Shown here: positions 62,119 to 64,000 of the stretch, one piece after another
Layout: each line of letters begins with the position of its first letter
Position numbering within the stretch: the first letter of the stretch is position 1
Assembly (NCBI GenBank): GCA_965287045.1
Contig: OZ336873.1
Location: 42,780,001-42,844,000 of the forward strand
Length of the DNA stretch: 64,000 nt
Source of the DNA: Carcharhinus amblyrhynchos
Taxonomy: Eukaryota
Reading direction: 5' to 3'
Program-made: the position numbers and the translations under genes
Notes under the pieces: generated by a model
What the model was told of the DNA's origin: nothing
Seen by the model: only the letters and a program-made list of their open reading frames with translations
The model's database searches: none

Positions 62119-62991
62119 TCCCTAAACATTTCCTCTCTCACCTTGAACCTGTGCACCTTGTAATTGACACTTCCACCCTGGGAAAAAGCCTCTGAGAGCC
62201 TCTGCCTCTCATAATTTTGTCGACTTCTATCAGTCTCCCCTCAGCCTCCATCGTTCCAGTGGACATAATCCTAGTTTATTCAACTTCTCCTCATAGCCAA
62301 TATCCTTGAGACCTGGCAACATCCTGGTGAACCTTCTTTGCACTGTCTCCAAAGATTCCATGCCCTTCTGGTAGTATGGTGATCAGAACTGCACGCAATA
62401 CTCCAAATGTGGCCTAACCAAGGTTTTATATAGCTGCAACATGCTTTCCCAACTCCTGTACTCAATGCCCCAGCTGATGAAGGCAAGCATACCATGTATT
62501 TTCTTCATCACTTTGGCTACCTGTGTTGCCACTTTCAGGCAACTGTGGACCTGCACACCCAGATCCCTCTGTATGCTAATATTCCTAAGGCTTTTGCCAT
62601 TTTACAATATAATTCACACCTAAATTTGATCCTCTAGAATGCATCACCTTACATTTGTCCAAATTAAACTCCATCTGCATTTCTGTGCCCAAGTCTCCAA
62701 TCTATCTATATCCTGTTGTATCCTTTGACAATCTCCGGCACTATTAGCAACTCCATCAATCTTCATGTCATCCACAAACTTACCAATCAGACCTCCCCAC
62801 ATTTTCCTCCAGGTCATTTATATATACTACAAACAACAGAGGTCCCAGCACTGATCCCTGTCAGAACACCACTAGCTACAGATCTCCACTCTGAAAAACA
62901 CCCTTCTATTGCTATTCTCTGTCTCCTATAACCTAGTAAGAAGTCTCACAACACCAGGTTAAAGTCCAACAGGTTTATTTGGTAGCAAACG

Positions 62992-63032
62992 CCACTAGCT
63001 TTCGGGGCTTTGTCCCTTCATCAGGTGAGTGG
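62992..63032 (-). ncRNA. Minimal hammerhead ribozyme motif, antisense copy
   Basis: The minus strand reads CAC-CUGAUGA-A-GGGAC AAA GCCCC-GAAA-GCUA-GUG, with one stem II mismatch. Confidence 0.7.
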
Positions 63033-63048
63033 GGAGTTCTGATCTGAT

Positions 63049-63089
63049 CCACTCACCTGACGAAGGGGCAAAGCCCCGAAAGCTAGTGG
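63049..63089 (+). ncRNA. Minimal type I hammerhead ribozyme motif
   Basis: CAC-CUGACGA-A-GGGGC AAA GCCCC-GAAA-GCUA-GUG: conserved core, 5-bp stem II and palindromic AGCU stem III. Confidence 0.8.
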
Positions 63090-64000
63090 CATTTGCTACC
63101 AAATAAACCTGTTGGGCTTTAACCTGGTGTTGTGAGACTTCTTATCATGTTTACCCCAATCCAATGCCGGTATCTCCTATAACCAAGCCAGTTCTGTATC
63201 CATCTAGCCAGCCCACCCCGAATCCAATATGATTTTAATTTTTGTAGCAGTCTGCCATGTGGGACCTTGTCAAACACCTTACTTAAATCCACATAAATTA
63301 TTTCCATAGCCCTTCCTTCATCAGTTACCTTTGTCTCCTCTTCAAAAAACTCAATCAAGTTGGTGAGACATGGCCTTCCCTGTATAAAACCATGATGCCT
63401 ATCATTAACTAGTCCATTTTCTTCCAAATGTGCACATACCGTATCCCTCAGTAACTTCTGCAAAATCTTCTCCGCTACTGACGTCAGGCTCACTGGCCTA
63501 TAATTTCCTGGATTATCCTTGTGTCCTTTCTTAACCAAGGGAACAACATGAGCCAGTCATCTGGAACCTTACTTGTGGTCAAAGAGGATGTGAGGATACC
63601 TGTTAAGACCCCAGTTATTTCTTCCCTTGCCTCTTGTGGTAACCTGGGATAGATCCCATCTGGTCCCGGGGACTGGCCGACCTTAATGCAATTTAGGATA
63701 CTTAACACTTCCTCCTACAATATATTGACACTCTAAAAGAGCGCTCGCACACCTATCCTTGACCTCAACATCCATGTTGTCCTTGGTGAATACCAATGCA
63801 AAGTATCCATTAAGGATCTCACCCACTTCCTGTGGCTCCACGCATAACTTCACTCCATTGTCCTTGAGTGGGTCTCTTACTACCCTCTTGCTCCTAATAT
63901 ATGCATAAAAAGCCTTCACCTTCAACTTGACCCTGTTTGCTGAAGACATTTCATGGCCCCTTTTAGCCCTTCTAATTCCATGTTTAAGTTCCTTCCCACT

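Larger units (their letters stand above)
62934..63176. mobile_element. Penelope-type inverted terminal repeat pair
   Basis: 96-bp arms at 62937-63032 and 63049-63144; TCTCCTATAACC repeated at 62922-62933 and 63173-63184. Confidence 0.88.
61598..64000 (-). mobile_element. CR1 RT region (decayed host) with two nested insertions
   Basis: SPGPDGIYPR, NYRPVSLTS, KVFDKVPH and RWIQNWL motifs; (TTCTTTG)n tail near 61598-61615. Confidence 0.93.

Overview
Eukaryotic, repeat-rich, apparently intergenic/intronic vertebrate DNA, most likely from an elasmobranch (shark), judged from the HE1/V-SINE, DeuSINE-like and CR1 content. I recognise no intact host protein-coding gene. The long ORFs are CR1 reverse-transcriptase fragments or artefacts of a 2.8-kb, 23-bp minisatellite. 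The window holds about 17 V-SINE copies with two different 3' tails, many CR1 fragments (one young subfamily is present three times, one copy with a 5' inversion), and Rex1/Babar fragments. It also contains a decayed Gmr1-like LTR retrotransposon with integrase upstream of RT, solo LTRs, GC-rich MITEs, and Penelope-type repeats with minimal hammerhead ribozyme motifs (one as an inverted pair). A short structured element carries a U2 snRNA-like segment, and a CpG-retaining promoter-like region lies at about 2.7-3.7 kb. Possible spliced exons occur on both strands at 18-31 kb but are unconfirmed. Repeat family names come from recalled consensus motifs rather than database searches, and boundaries are approximate.
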